Source: Thermoplasmatales archaeon SG8-52-3 (GTDB lineage Archaea > Thermoplasmatota > E2 > DHVEG-1). Taken from it: a stretch of DNA of 64,000 nucleotides. A program made the position numbers and the translations under genes. The notes under the pieces were generated by a model that was not told the DNA's origin, searched no databases, and saw only the letters and a list, made by a program, of their open reading frames with translations. Position 1 is the stretch's first letter. Every line of letters begins with the position of its first letter. The DNA lies in the NCBI GenBank assembly GCA_001595915.1, contig LSSG01000019.1, positions 5,408-69,407 on the forward strand, given 5' to 3'. Positions 1-7,333 of the stretch are shown piece after piece.

Positions 1-130
1 TGAAATTGAAAAAATATTAAAAGAACTTCATTGGGAAATTCCTGAAAAGTCAGTTAATATTAATTATATACCTAATGAAGAGGATTTGAATAATGCTAAA
101 AAAATTGGTAAGAAATTGATTGAAAATTGA
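1..130 (+). CDS. 3' end of an unidentified protein (partial, runs off the window start)
   Basis: Open frame from position 2 to TGA at 128-130 (…EIEKILKELHWEIPEKSVNINYIPNEEDLNNAKKIGKKLIEN*). No motif recognised. Confidence 0.35.
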   Translation, partial: EIEKILKELHWEIPEKSVNINYIPNEEDLNNAKKIGKKLIEN

Positions 131-154
131 AGAATTTAAAAGGAGGTAAATAAA

Positions 155-310
155 ATGTGTAAAAGTTGTGGTTGTAAAGAATCTGGAAAACCTGTAAAAT
201 ATCAATGTCAATGCTCTGAAGATGAGTGCAGCTGTGGTATAATAGAATTTGATGAGGACCCAAAGTCTGTACCATACTGTTGTGGCGAACCTATGAAACG
301 TATAAAATAA
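155..310 (+). CDS. Small Cys-rich metal-binding protein (51 aa) with desulforedoxin-like CCGxPM motif. It is below the ORF-track size cutoff.
   Basis: ATG at 155 sits 8 nt after AGGAGG (141-146). Translation: MCKSCGCKESGKPVKYQCQCSEDECSCGIIEFDEDPKSVPYCCGEPMKRIK, TAA at 308-310. It has 11 Cys. The 'CCGEPMK' motif matches 'CCGESME' in the Dfx N-domain (5289..) and 'CCGKPMK' in 11205..11390. Confidence 0.6.
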   Translation: MCKSCGCKESGKPVKYQCQCSEDECSCGIIEFDEDPKSVPYCCGEPMKRIK

Positions 311-351
311 TTAAAATAATTTAAAAATTACAAAAAGGAGTTAGATAGAAT

Positions 352-888
352 ATGGTTAAGAAGAATGATAAAAGAATAAATATCAAAACAAAAAAAACAA
401 GTGAAAAAACTTCTTCTCCAGCTGTTTGGAATCCATGGGATTTAATGGATAGTATGGATGCATGGTTTTGGGAAGATCCCTGGACTCCTATCTGGCGAAG
501 AAGGTGGAGCGGTCTTTCACCAGCTGAAAGGATGGTTGATAGATGGTTGGATACTGATAGAAAAATTACTGCAATAGACATGATAGATACAGGAAAACAA
601 TACAAGATTACAGCAGAGATGCCTGGAATAAACAAAAAAGATATAGAGGTAAATATCACAACAAACAACATTAGTATTTGTGGAGAGACAAAAATTGAAA
701 CAAAAGATAAAAATAAAGACTGGGTGAGACGTGAGCGTAGCTATTCAACAATATGTAGAACAATGAATTTTCCAGAAGAAGTTAATCCCGATAATGCAGA
801 TGCAACTTTAAAAGATGGAATATTAGAAATATTAGTATCAAAAAAATTACCCACTGGGTTAAAAGGAAGAAACATACCTGTAAAATAG
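352..888 (+). CDS. Hsp20/alpha-crystallin family small heat-shock protein
   Basis: Alpha-crystallin domain: IDMIDTGKQYKITAEMPGINKKDIEVNI…ICGETK…RRERSYSTICRTMNFPEEVNPDNADATLKDGILEILVSKK. GGAG lies upstream. Confidence 0.9.
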   Translation: MVKKNDKRINIKTKKTSEKTSSPAVWNPWDLMDSMDAWFWEDPWTPIWRRRWSGLSPAERMVDRWLDTDRKITAIDMIDTGKQYKITAEMPGINKKDIEVNITTNNISICGETKIETKDKNKDWVRRERSYSTICRTMNFPEEVNPDNADATLKDGILEILVSKKLPTGLKGRNIPVK

Positions 889-896
889 TATAAAAT

Positions 897-1451
897 ATGA
901 TAATGGTTGATAATATGGGAAAAGTAAAAGTTTTTAGATGTAGAATTTGCGGCGATCCTTACATTGGTTCAGAGGCACCAATGCATTGCCCTTTTTGTGG
1001 TGCACCTCAAAGATTCTTTGTGAAAGCTCAAGATTGGAATCCTGATGAATTTAACGTAAAATTAAGTGAAATATCTAAGAAAAATCTTGAAGCTGCACTA
1101 CAGCTGGAATTAGACAATGCATCATTTTATGATTGTGCAAAAAACAAAGCACAGAAAGCAGGTGATAATTACAGTCTAGCAAAATTCAAAGCTCTTATGA
1201 AAGTTGAAAGAGAGCATGCTTCAGCAATCTCAAAATTCTTGAAAATTTCTAGCCCCGAACTTAAAAAACAAGCATGTAATGCTGATTCAAAGGTAAATTC
1301 AAAAGAGGGTTGGGAAAGAGAAGGTCGTGCAATAAAATCCTATTCTAAGTTCAGAGACGAAGCAACTGAGCAAAGACTTAAAGAGTTTTTTGGTGCCCTT
1401 GTAGAGATTGAAACAGATCATTTAGATTTACATTCTGAATATTTCAAGTGA
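897..1451 (+). CDS. Rubrerythrin-family diiron protein with N-terminal rubredoxin-like Cys4 ribbon ('reverse' domain order)
   Basis: N-terminus FRCRICGDPY…MHCPFCGAPQ (CxxC…CxxC), followed by a ferritin-like four-helix region (LELDNASFYDCA…MKVEREHASAI…VEIETDHLDLH). The start could also be ATG 915. Confidence 0.8.
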   Translation: MIMVDNMGKVKVFRCRICGDPYIGSEAPMHCPFCGAPQRFFVKAQDWNPDEFNVKLSEISKKNLEAALQLELDNASFYDCAKNKAQKAGDNYSLAKFKALMKVEREHASAISKFLKISSPELKKQACNADSKVNSKEGWEREGRAIKSYSKFRDEATEQRLKEFFGALVEIETDHLDLHSEYFK

Positions 1452-1460
1452 GGTGAAACA

Positions 1461-1952
1461 ATGGATTTGAATAGTTTTGATTTGGAAGAATTATTTCTAG
1501 CAGCAATTAAAAGTGAAATTGATAGCAATAAACTATACATAAAAATGTCGAAGAAAACAAAAAACGGGTTACTTAAAGATAAACTGAAATTTCTTGCTCT
1601 CGAAGAAGAAAAACATAGAGAATATATTGAAGAAATTTATCTAAATCATTATCCAGAAAATAAAATTATTATTCCAAAGAAATCACCTGTTCCTTTACCT
1701 GAAATAAATATGTCTGAAGACCTACCTTTAAGTAAACTTTTAAAAGAAGCAATGAATGCTGAAAATATTGCAAGTGATTTTTACAAATCCCTTGCAGATC
1801 GTTTCGAAGAAGGAACTAAATTATTCAATACTTTAGTTTATTTTTCAGATATGGAAAAGGGTCATTATAAATTATTAGAAATGGAAAAAGAGAGCATGGA
1901 ACGTTTTGAGGAAGGAGATGTTTACTGGCCTATGGTTCATGCTGGTCCATGA
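1461..1952 (+). CDS. Ferritin-like/rubrerythrin-domain protein (no rubredoxin domain)
   Basis: EIDSNKLY…FLALEEEKHREYIEE…AENIASDFY…SDMEKGHYKLLE. These are paired E…ExxH diiron-type motifs. GAGGTGA lies upstream. Confidence 0.7.
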   Translation: MDLNSFDLEELFLAAIKSEIDSNKLYIKMSKKTKNGLLKDKLKFLALEEEKHREYIEEIYLNHYPENKIIIPKKSPVPLPEINMSEDLPLSKLLKEAMNAENIASDFYKSLADRFEEGTKLFNTLVYFSDMEKGHYKLLEMEKESMERFEEGDVYWPMVHAGP

Positions 1953-1976
1953 ATAAAATTGTAAGGAGGAAAATTT

Positions 1977-2552
1977 ATGAAAACTATGAAAGGAACACAA
2001 ACTGAAAAAAATCTACTTGCAGCATTTGCAGGAGAATCACAAGCTAGGAATAGATATTCATTTTTTGCTTCAACAGCAAAAAAAGAAGGATACGAACAAA
2101 TTGCAGCAATATTCCAAGAGACAGCTGATAACGAAAAAGAACATGCTAAGGTGTTTTTTAAGCATTTACAAGGTGGAGATGTTGAAATCATCGCTGAATA
2201 CCCTGCAGGAAAAATCGGAAGTACAGCAGATAACTTATTAGCAGCAGCTGAAGGTGAAAAAATGGAATGGGGTAAACTTTATCCAGATTTTTCAGAAACA
2301 GCAGAAAAAGAAGGATTCCCAATGGTTGCACATAGTTTTAAAAAGATTGCTGAAGTAGAAGCATATCATGAAAGAAGATATAGAAAATTACTTGAAAATA
2401 TCAAGAAAAAACAAGTATTTAAAAAAGATGATACAAAAAAATGGAAATGTCGTAATTGTGGATATGTTCATGAAGGAAAAGAGGCACCTGATGTATGTCC
2501 AGCATGTCAACATCCACAAAGCTACTATGAGATTTGGACAGAATCTTATTAA
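1977..2552 (+). CDS. rbr: Rubrerythrin (classical: N-terminal diiron domain, C-terminal rubredoxin domain)
   Basis: MKGTQTEKNLLAAFAGESQARNRYSFFASTAKKEGYEQIAAIFQETADNEKEHAK… and C-terminal WKCRNCGYVHEGKEAPDVCPACQHPQSYYE. AGGAGG lies upstream. Confidence 0.95.
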   Translation: MKTMKGTQTEKNLLAAFAGESQARNRYSFFASTAKKEGYEQIAAIFQETADNEKEHAKVFFKHLQGGDVEIIAEYPAGKIGSTADNLLAAAEGEKMEWGKLYPDFSETAEKEGFPMVAHSFKKIAEVEAYHERRYRKLLENIKKKQVFKKDDTKKWKCRNCGYVHEGKEAPDVCPACQHPQSYYEIWTESY

Positions 2553-2572
2553 AATTTAAGGAGGAAAACAAT

Positions 2573-3100
2573 TTGACAAATATTGAAAATGTAAAGGATG
2601 CAATTTTGACTGCTATACAAATGGAAAAAGATGGATACACATTTTATACAAATGCTGCTGCCCAAACCAAGAGTGAGATGGGTAGAACGATATTTGAAAG
2701 TCTAGCAGCAGATGAACAAAAGCATCTTGATGTTTTTCAGAAAATGTTTGAAGAAAGAGTAGGACAATCAGAGTGGAATGATTTAGTAAAATCTAGTAAG
2801 AAATATGCAAATATACCAGTATTTCCAACAGATCTAAAAGATGCTCCTGGAATGGATCCTGACAGTACTGAAATTGATGCTCTAAGAATGGCAATGGATA
2901 GTGAAAAAGAAGCAATTGATTATTATAACTCCATAAAGGAAAACCTCGAAGATGATGAATTGAAAAATGTAATAAGTGAGATAATTGAACAAGAAAAAAA
3001 TCATTATTCTTTGCTTGAAAATGAATTCAATCATATCAATTCAACAGGTTATTGGTTTGAATTTGACTATTTAGGTGGTCATGGGGGGCAATATTTCTGA
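2573..3100 (+). CDS. Ferritin-like/rubrerythrin-domain protein
   Basis: AIQMEKDGYTFYTNAA…LAADEQKHLDVF…AMDSEKEAIDYY…IIEQEKNHYSLLE. The ORF track starts at ATG 2534 inside rbr. The in-frame TTG at 2573, 9 nt after GGAGG (2559-2563), is the more plausible start. Confidence 0.7.
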   Translation: MTNIENVKDAILTAIQMEKDGYTFYTNAAAQTKSEMGRTIFESLAADEQKHLDVFQKMFEERVGQSEWNDLVKSSKKYANIPVFPTDLKDAPGMDPDSTEIDALRMAMDSEKEAIDYYNSIKENLEDDELKNVISEIIEQEKNHYSLLENEFNHINSTGYWFEFDYLGGHGGQYF

Positions 3101-3153
3101 ATAAAATTATAAAACCAGACGCAGAAATTGATTGTGTTGGTTATTTTTGCCCA

Positions 3154-3339
3154 ATGCCTATTGCTATGACAAAGGAAGAAATTGATAAGATAGAAATTGG
3201 ACAGGTGTTAAAAGTTGAAGCAGATGATCCTGCAGCAGAAGAGGACATTAAACGTTGGGCAAAACGCACAGGTCATGAGATATTAAAATTTCAAAAAGAA
3301 GGGACAATTTTAACCTTCTATATTAAAAAAAAGAAATGA
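3154..3339 (+). CDS. TusA/SirA-like sulfur-carrier protein. The true start is probably upstream of the first ATG (see findings).
   Basis: From the ATG: MPIAMTKEEIDKIEIGQVLKVEADDPAAEEDIKRWAKRTGHEILKF. The upstream in-frame codons read …IDCVGYFCP, completing the family's CPxP active-site motif (Cys codon 3148-3150). Confidence 0.75.
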   Translation: MPIAMTKEEIDKIEIGQVLKVEADDPAAEEDIKRWAKRTGHEILKFQKEGTILTFYIKKKK

Positions 3340-3340
3340 A

Positions 3341-3712
3341 GTGAAAAAAATGAAAGATGAAAATTCAATATTATATGTGCTAACAACAGATGCACCTGAA
3401 AAACAATATTCACCATTGGTTTTGGCTCAAACTGCAAAAATGATGGATATTAAACCTATGGTTTATTATCTTGGAACAGGACTCAAGATTTTAAAACCTG
3501 GGGAGGCTGAAAAAATAAAACTAGGTAGTTTTCCAAGTGTTGCAGAGATGATAAAAAAAACTCTTGATATGGGAATAGAAATATATGTGTGTGAAGCGTC
3601 AAAACAAATGCTTGGTTGGGAAAAGGTCGACCTAATTTCTGGAGTTAAAATTGTTGGAGCTGGAACACTAAACGATCTTGCCTTAGATGCAGGAGCAACT
3701 ATGTGGTTTTAG
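3341..3712 (+). CDS. DsrE/DsrF-like sulfur-relay family protein
   Basis: GTG start. ILYVLTTDAPEKQYSPLVLAQTAKMMD…VYYLGTGLKIL…EIYVCEASKQMLG is typical of the DsrE-fold with a conserved Cys. Confidence 0.7.
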   Translation: MKKMKDENSILYVLTTDAPEKQYSPLVLAQTAKMMDIKPMVYYLGTGLKILKPGEAEKIKLGSFPSVAEMIKKTLDMGIEIYVCEASKQMLGWEKVDLISGVKIVGAGTLNDLALDAGATMWF

Positions 3713-3724
3713 TGAGATTATAAA

Positions 3725-4879
3725 ATGGAAAAAATTTATCTAGATCATGCATCTGCAATGCCCATTGATTCTAGGGTTTACAAATTTGCAGAACCATACT
3801 TGCTAAATGTAGGAAATCCCTCATCATTATATGAGTTTGGACAAGAAGCCAAAGATGCAATTGAAAAATCAAGAATTAAGATTGTTGATTTAATAAATGC
3901 AGAAAATGAAAAAACTATAATATTTACAGGTAGTGCAACTGAATCAAATAATATAGCAATAAGAGGAACTGCTTATAGAAATATAAATGAGGGAAAAGAA
4001 GTTCTTTCCAGTGCAATTGAACATATTTCAGTAATTAATCCTATGAAAGATCTTCAAAAAAATGGCTGGACATATAATTCAATTCCTGTGGACAAATATG
4101 GAATTATTGATTTATCTAAACTTAAAAAAATAATAACAAAAAAAACAATTGTGACTTCAATTATGTATGCAAATAATGAGATTGGTACAATTGAACCTAT
4201 AAAAGAAATCTCAAAAATTGTTCATGATGAAGGAAAATATTTACATGTGGATGCAACAGCAGCAGCGGGAAGAATCCCAATCGATGTTCAGAAAGATGGA
4301 ATTGATCTTTTAACTCTATCCTCAAATGATTTGTATGGTCCACGAGGTGCAGGTGTCTTATATATAAAACCTGGTGTGAAAATCCAATCGATAATGCCTG
4401 GAGGAGGACAAGAGAGGGGTCTTAGGTCTGGAACTGAAAATATTTTTGCAATTGCTGGTATGGGTGAAGCAGCAAAAATTGCAAAAAACGAAATGAATGC
4501 TGAAAGTAAACGTTTGATAACGATAAGAGATAAACTTATATCTGAAATTACAAAGATGGATGAAACCTATTTAACAGGTCATCAAAAACAACGTTTACCT
4601 CATCATGCAAGTTTCAGATTTAGCCATATTGAGGGAGAAAGTATTCTGTTAAACATGGACATGTATGGAATTCAAATTGCAACTGGTTCTGCTTGTTCAT
4701 CAAAAACTCTTGAACCATCACATGTTCTTTTAGCAATAGGTCTAAAACATGAGGAAGCACATGGATCTATGGTAATTACTTTAGGTAGGTCTAATAAAAT
4801 AAATCAAGTTCAAAAAATTGTGAAAGCTGTTAATGAAACTGTAATTAGATTAAGAAAGCTTTCACCATTAATTAAATGA
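3725..4879 (+). CDS. iscS: IscS/NifS-like class-V aminotransferase-fold protein lacking the PLP-binding lysine
   Basis: IYLDHASAMP…FTGSATESNN…, active-site loop ATGSACSSKTLEPSHVL. The canonical S-x-H-K-x-x-GP-K/R-G motif instead reads LSSNDLYGPRGAG (Asn-Asp codons 4325-4330). Confidence 0.85.
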   Translation: MEKIYLDHASAMPIDSRVYKFAEPYLLNVGNPSSLYEFGQEAKDAIEKSRIKIVDLINAENEKTIIFTGSATESNNIAIRGTAYRNINEGKEVLSSAIEHISVINPMKDLQKNGWTYNSIPVDKYGIIDLSKLKKIITKKTIVTSIMYANNEIGTIEPIKEISKIVHDEGKYLHVDATAAAGRIPIDVQKDGIDLLTLSSNDLYGPRGAGVLYIKPGVKIQSIMPGGGQERGLRSGTENIFAIAGMGEAAKIAKNEMNAESKRLITIRDKLISEITKMDETYLTGHQKQRLPHHASFRFSHIEGESILLNMDMYGIQIATGSACSSKTLEPSHVLLAIGLKHEEAHGSMVITLGRSNKINQVQKIVKAVNETVIRLRKLSPLIK

Positions 4880-4912
4880 GGTGATAAAATTCCGGCATAT
4901 AGTAAGAAAGTA

Positions 4913-5266
4913 ATGGATCATTTTACAAATCCGAGAAATGTAGGCGTAATTGAAAATCCTGATGGTTATGGAAAGGTTGGAAATCCTGTTTGTGGGGATT
5001 TAATGGAGATGTACATAAAGGTTGAAAATGATGTTATAAAAGATATAAAATTCAAAACATTTGGGTGTGGCTCGGCCATTGCAACTAGTTCCATGGTAAC
5101 AGAAATAGCAATTGGAAAAACAGTTGATGAAGCATTGAAAATTACTAGAAATGACGTAGCAAATGAACTAGATGGTCTGCCACCTCAGAAGATGCATTGC
5201 TCTAATTTAGCTGCCGATGCGTTGCATGCAGCTATTGATGATTATAAGAAGAAAAAAAAGAAATAA
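4913..5266 (+). CDS. iscU: IscU/NifU-N-type Fe-S cluster scaffold
   Basis: NPRNVG…[15 protein letters not shown]…[14 protein letters not shown]…[12 protein letters not shown] carries the three scaffold Cys. The conserved N-terminus (P)AYSKKV lies upstream of the first ATG, so a probable ATT start at 4889 is proposed (see findings). Confidence 0.9.
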   Translation: MDHFTNPRNVGVIENPDGYGKVGNPVCGDLMEMYIKVENDVIKDIKFKTFGCGSAIATSSMVTEIAIGKTVDEALKITRNDVANELDGLPPQKMHCSNLAADALHAAIDDYKKKKKK

Positions 5267-5288
5267 TAATTTTAGAGGTAGAAATTTT

Positions 5289-5666
5289 ATGACAAAAGTT
5301 AGAGAGATATACAAATGTAATATTTGTGGAAATATTGTAGAAATGGTACATGCTGGTGTTGGTGAGCTTGTTTGTTGTGGAGAATCAATGGAATTATTGA
5401 AGGAAAAAACAGAGGATTCATCTGTTGAAAAACATGTTCCTTTTATTGGAAAAACAGATGATGGTGTTCTTGTAAAAGTGGGTCAAAACCAAGATCACCC
5501 AATGGAAGAGAAACACTTTATCGAATGGATTCAAATAATTGCAGATGGCGAGGTATATAGAAAGTTTTTAAAACCAGGTGATAAACCTCAAGCAAAGTTT
5601 TGTATTAAAGCAAATAAAATTCAAGCCCGTGAATATTGTAATGTTCATGGTTTATGGAGATCATAG
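5289..5666 (+). CDS. dfx: Desulfoferrodoxin (2Fe superoxide reductase)
   Basis: [37 protein letters not shown] is the desulforedoxin-like N-domain. The SOR domain follows: EKHVPFI…[12 protein letters not shown]…CNVHGLW. The track start at 5217 overlaps iscU and adds a basic junk leader. ATG 5289 follows AGAGGT. Confidence 0.9.
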   Translation: MTKVREIYKCNICGNIVEMVHAGVGELVCCGESMELLKEKTEDSSVEKHVPFIGKTDDGVLVKVGQNQDHPMEEKHFIEWIQIIADGEVYRKFLKPGDKPQAKFCIKANKIQAREYCNVHGLWRS

Positions 5667-5709
5667 TTAGTAAGTATTCATAGAATACAAGATTGGAGGA
5701 AGAATCAAT

Positions 5710-7323
5710 ATGTTTTGTTATCAATGTGAGGAAACAATAAATAATAAGGGTTGTACAACTGCTGGTGCTTGTGGTAAAAAAGGTGATGTAGCAAATTTAC
5801 AAGACCTTTTAATATATTTAATGAAAGGAATATCACTTTGCAATATTGAAGCAAGAAAACAGGGTAAAAACACCGAGGAAGCAGACAAATTCATAATGGA
5901 TAATTTATTTGCTACAATTACAAATGCAAACTTTGATAAAAAATATTTTTTAGATAAAATTCAAGAAGCAATAAAATTAAGAGAAAAAATAAAAGAAACA
6001 GTATCTGTAGACTCAAAACATGATTCAGTTATATGGCAATCTAATAATCAAGATGAGATTTTTGAAAAAGCAGAGAAAATAGGCATCCTTAGTACACAAA
6101 ACGAAGATATAAGATCACTTCGATGGTTACTTACATATGGAATTAAGGGAATGGCTGCTTATTCTCATCATGCATATGTAATTGGTAACAAAGACGAAGA
6201 AATTTTCAAATTTATGCAAGAGGGACTTGCTGCCACTACCAAGGATTTATCAGCAGAAGAATTAACAAATTTAGTAATTAAATGTGGTGAGATGGGTGTC
6301 AAAACTATGGCCTTACTTGATAAAGCAAACACATCAACATATGGTAATCCCGAAATTACAAAGGTAAATATCGGTGTTAGAAACAACCCAGGTATTCTGA
6401 TTAGTGGTCATGATTTGAAGGATTTAGAACAATTACTCAAACAAACAAAAGGAACTGGTGTTGATGTATACACCCATGGTGAGATGCTACCAGCAAATGC
6501 CTATCCGGCTTTTAAGAAATATTCTCATTTAGTTGGCAATTATGGCAGTTCTTGGTGGAAACAAAAGGAAGAGTTTGAAAAATTCAATGGACCTATCCTT
6601 TTAACAACGAATTGTCTTGTTCCTCCAAGAGATTCCTACAAAGATAGAGTATATACAACTGGAATTGTGGGTTTTGAAGGACTAAGGTATATTCCAGATG
6701 GAGATCCTAAGGATTTTTCAGAAATAATTGAACATGCAAAAAGAAGTTCCACACCTGAAAAAATTGATGATGGTGAAATTACAATTGGTTTTGCACATAA
6801 TGCAACACTAAGTGTTGCTGATAAAATAGTTGATGCAGTAAAATCCGGCAAAATCAAGCGATTTATTGTGATGGCCGGTTGTGATGGCAGACGACCAAAT
6901 AGACAATATTATACTGATTTTGCAAAAGCTCTATCAAATGATACAGCAATTCTTACTGCGGGATGCGCAAAATATCGATATAATAAACTTGGACTTGGAG
7001 ATATTGACGGAATCCCAAGAGTTATAGATGCAGGTCAATGTAATGATTCTTATTCACTTGTAGTAATCGCTAAAAAGCTCGCTGAGGTTTTTGGAGTTGA
7101 ATTGAATGAGTTACCAATTTCTTTCAATATTGCATGGTATGAACAAAAAGCTGTTCTTGTTTTACTTTCACTTTTATCACTTGGTGTTAAAAATATAATG
7201 CTAGGGCCAACTCTACCTGCATTTGTATCACCAAATGTGTTAAAAGTTTTGATTGAAAAGTTCAATATACAACCAAATTCAACTGTTGAAAATGATCTTC
7301 CAACATTAAAAATTGTTGCATAG
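5710..7323 (+). CDS. hcp: Hybrid-cluster protein (prismane protein/hydroxylamine reductase)
   Basis: [36 protein letters not shown]… is the N-terminal Cys motif. Length and the remainder are typical of Hcp. GGAGGA lies upstream. Confidence 0.95.
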   Translation: MFCYQCEETINNKGCTTAGACGKKGDVANLQDLLIYLMKGISLCNIEARKQGKNTEEADKFIMDNLFATITNANFDKKYFLDKIQEAIKLREKIKETVSVDSKHDSVIWQSNNQDEIFEKAEKIGILSTQNEDIRSLRWLLTYGIKGMAAYSHHAYVIGNKDEEIFKFMQEGLAATTKDLSAEELTNLVIKCGEMGVKTMALLDKANTSTYGNPEITKVNIGVRNNPGILISGHDLKDLEQLLKQTKGTGVDVYTHGEMLPANAYPAFKKYSHLVGNYGSSWWKQKEEFEKFNGPILLTTNCLVPPRDSYKDRVYTTGIVGFEGLRYIPDGDPKDFSEIIEHAKRSSTPEKIDDGEITIGFAHNATLSVADKIVDAVKSGKIKRFIVMAGCDGRRPNRQYYTDFAKALSNDTAILTAGCAKYRYNKLGLGDIDGIPRVIDAGQCNDSYSLVVIAKKLAEVFGVELNELPISFNIAWYEQKAVLVLLSLLSLGVKNIMLGPTLPAFVSPNVLKVLIEKFNIQPNSTVENDLPTLKIVA

Positions 7324-7333
7324 ATTGATAAAA

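Noticed and set aside
321-671. A 116-aa minus-strand ORF overlapping the hsp20 gene
   Set aside because: It is antisense to a confidently identified Hsp20 gene. Its translation is low-complexity and hydrophobic (Ile/Phe/Leu-rich, as expected from reading AT-rich coding DNA backwards). It has no RBS and no motif.
1937-2640. Four short ORFs (1937..2191 -, 2017..2241 +, 2368..2559 +, 2419..2640 -) overlapping rubrerythrin
   Set aside because: All lie in alternative frames or strands of the textbook rbr gene. None has a recognisable motif or a start context.
5217-5288. An upstream extension of the desulfoferrodoxin ORF (track start 5217)
   Set aside because: It would overlap the iscU 3' end and add a junk basic leader ([19 protein letters not shown]…). 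Desulfoferrodoxins begin right at the MxKxxEIYKCxxCGN motif, which starts at ATG 5289 behind an AGAGGT.
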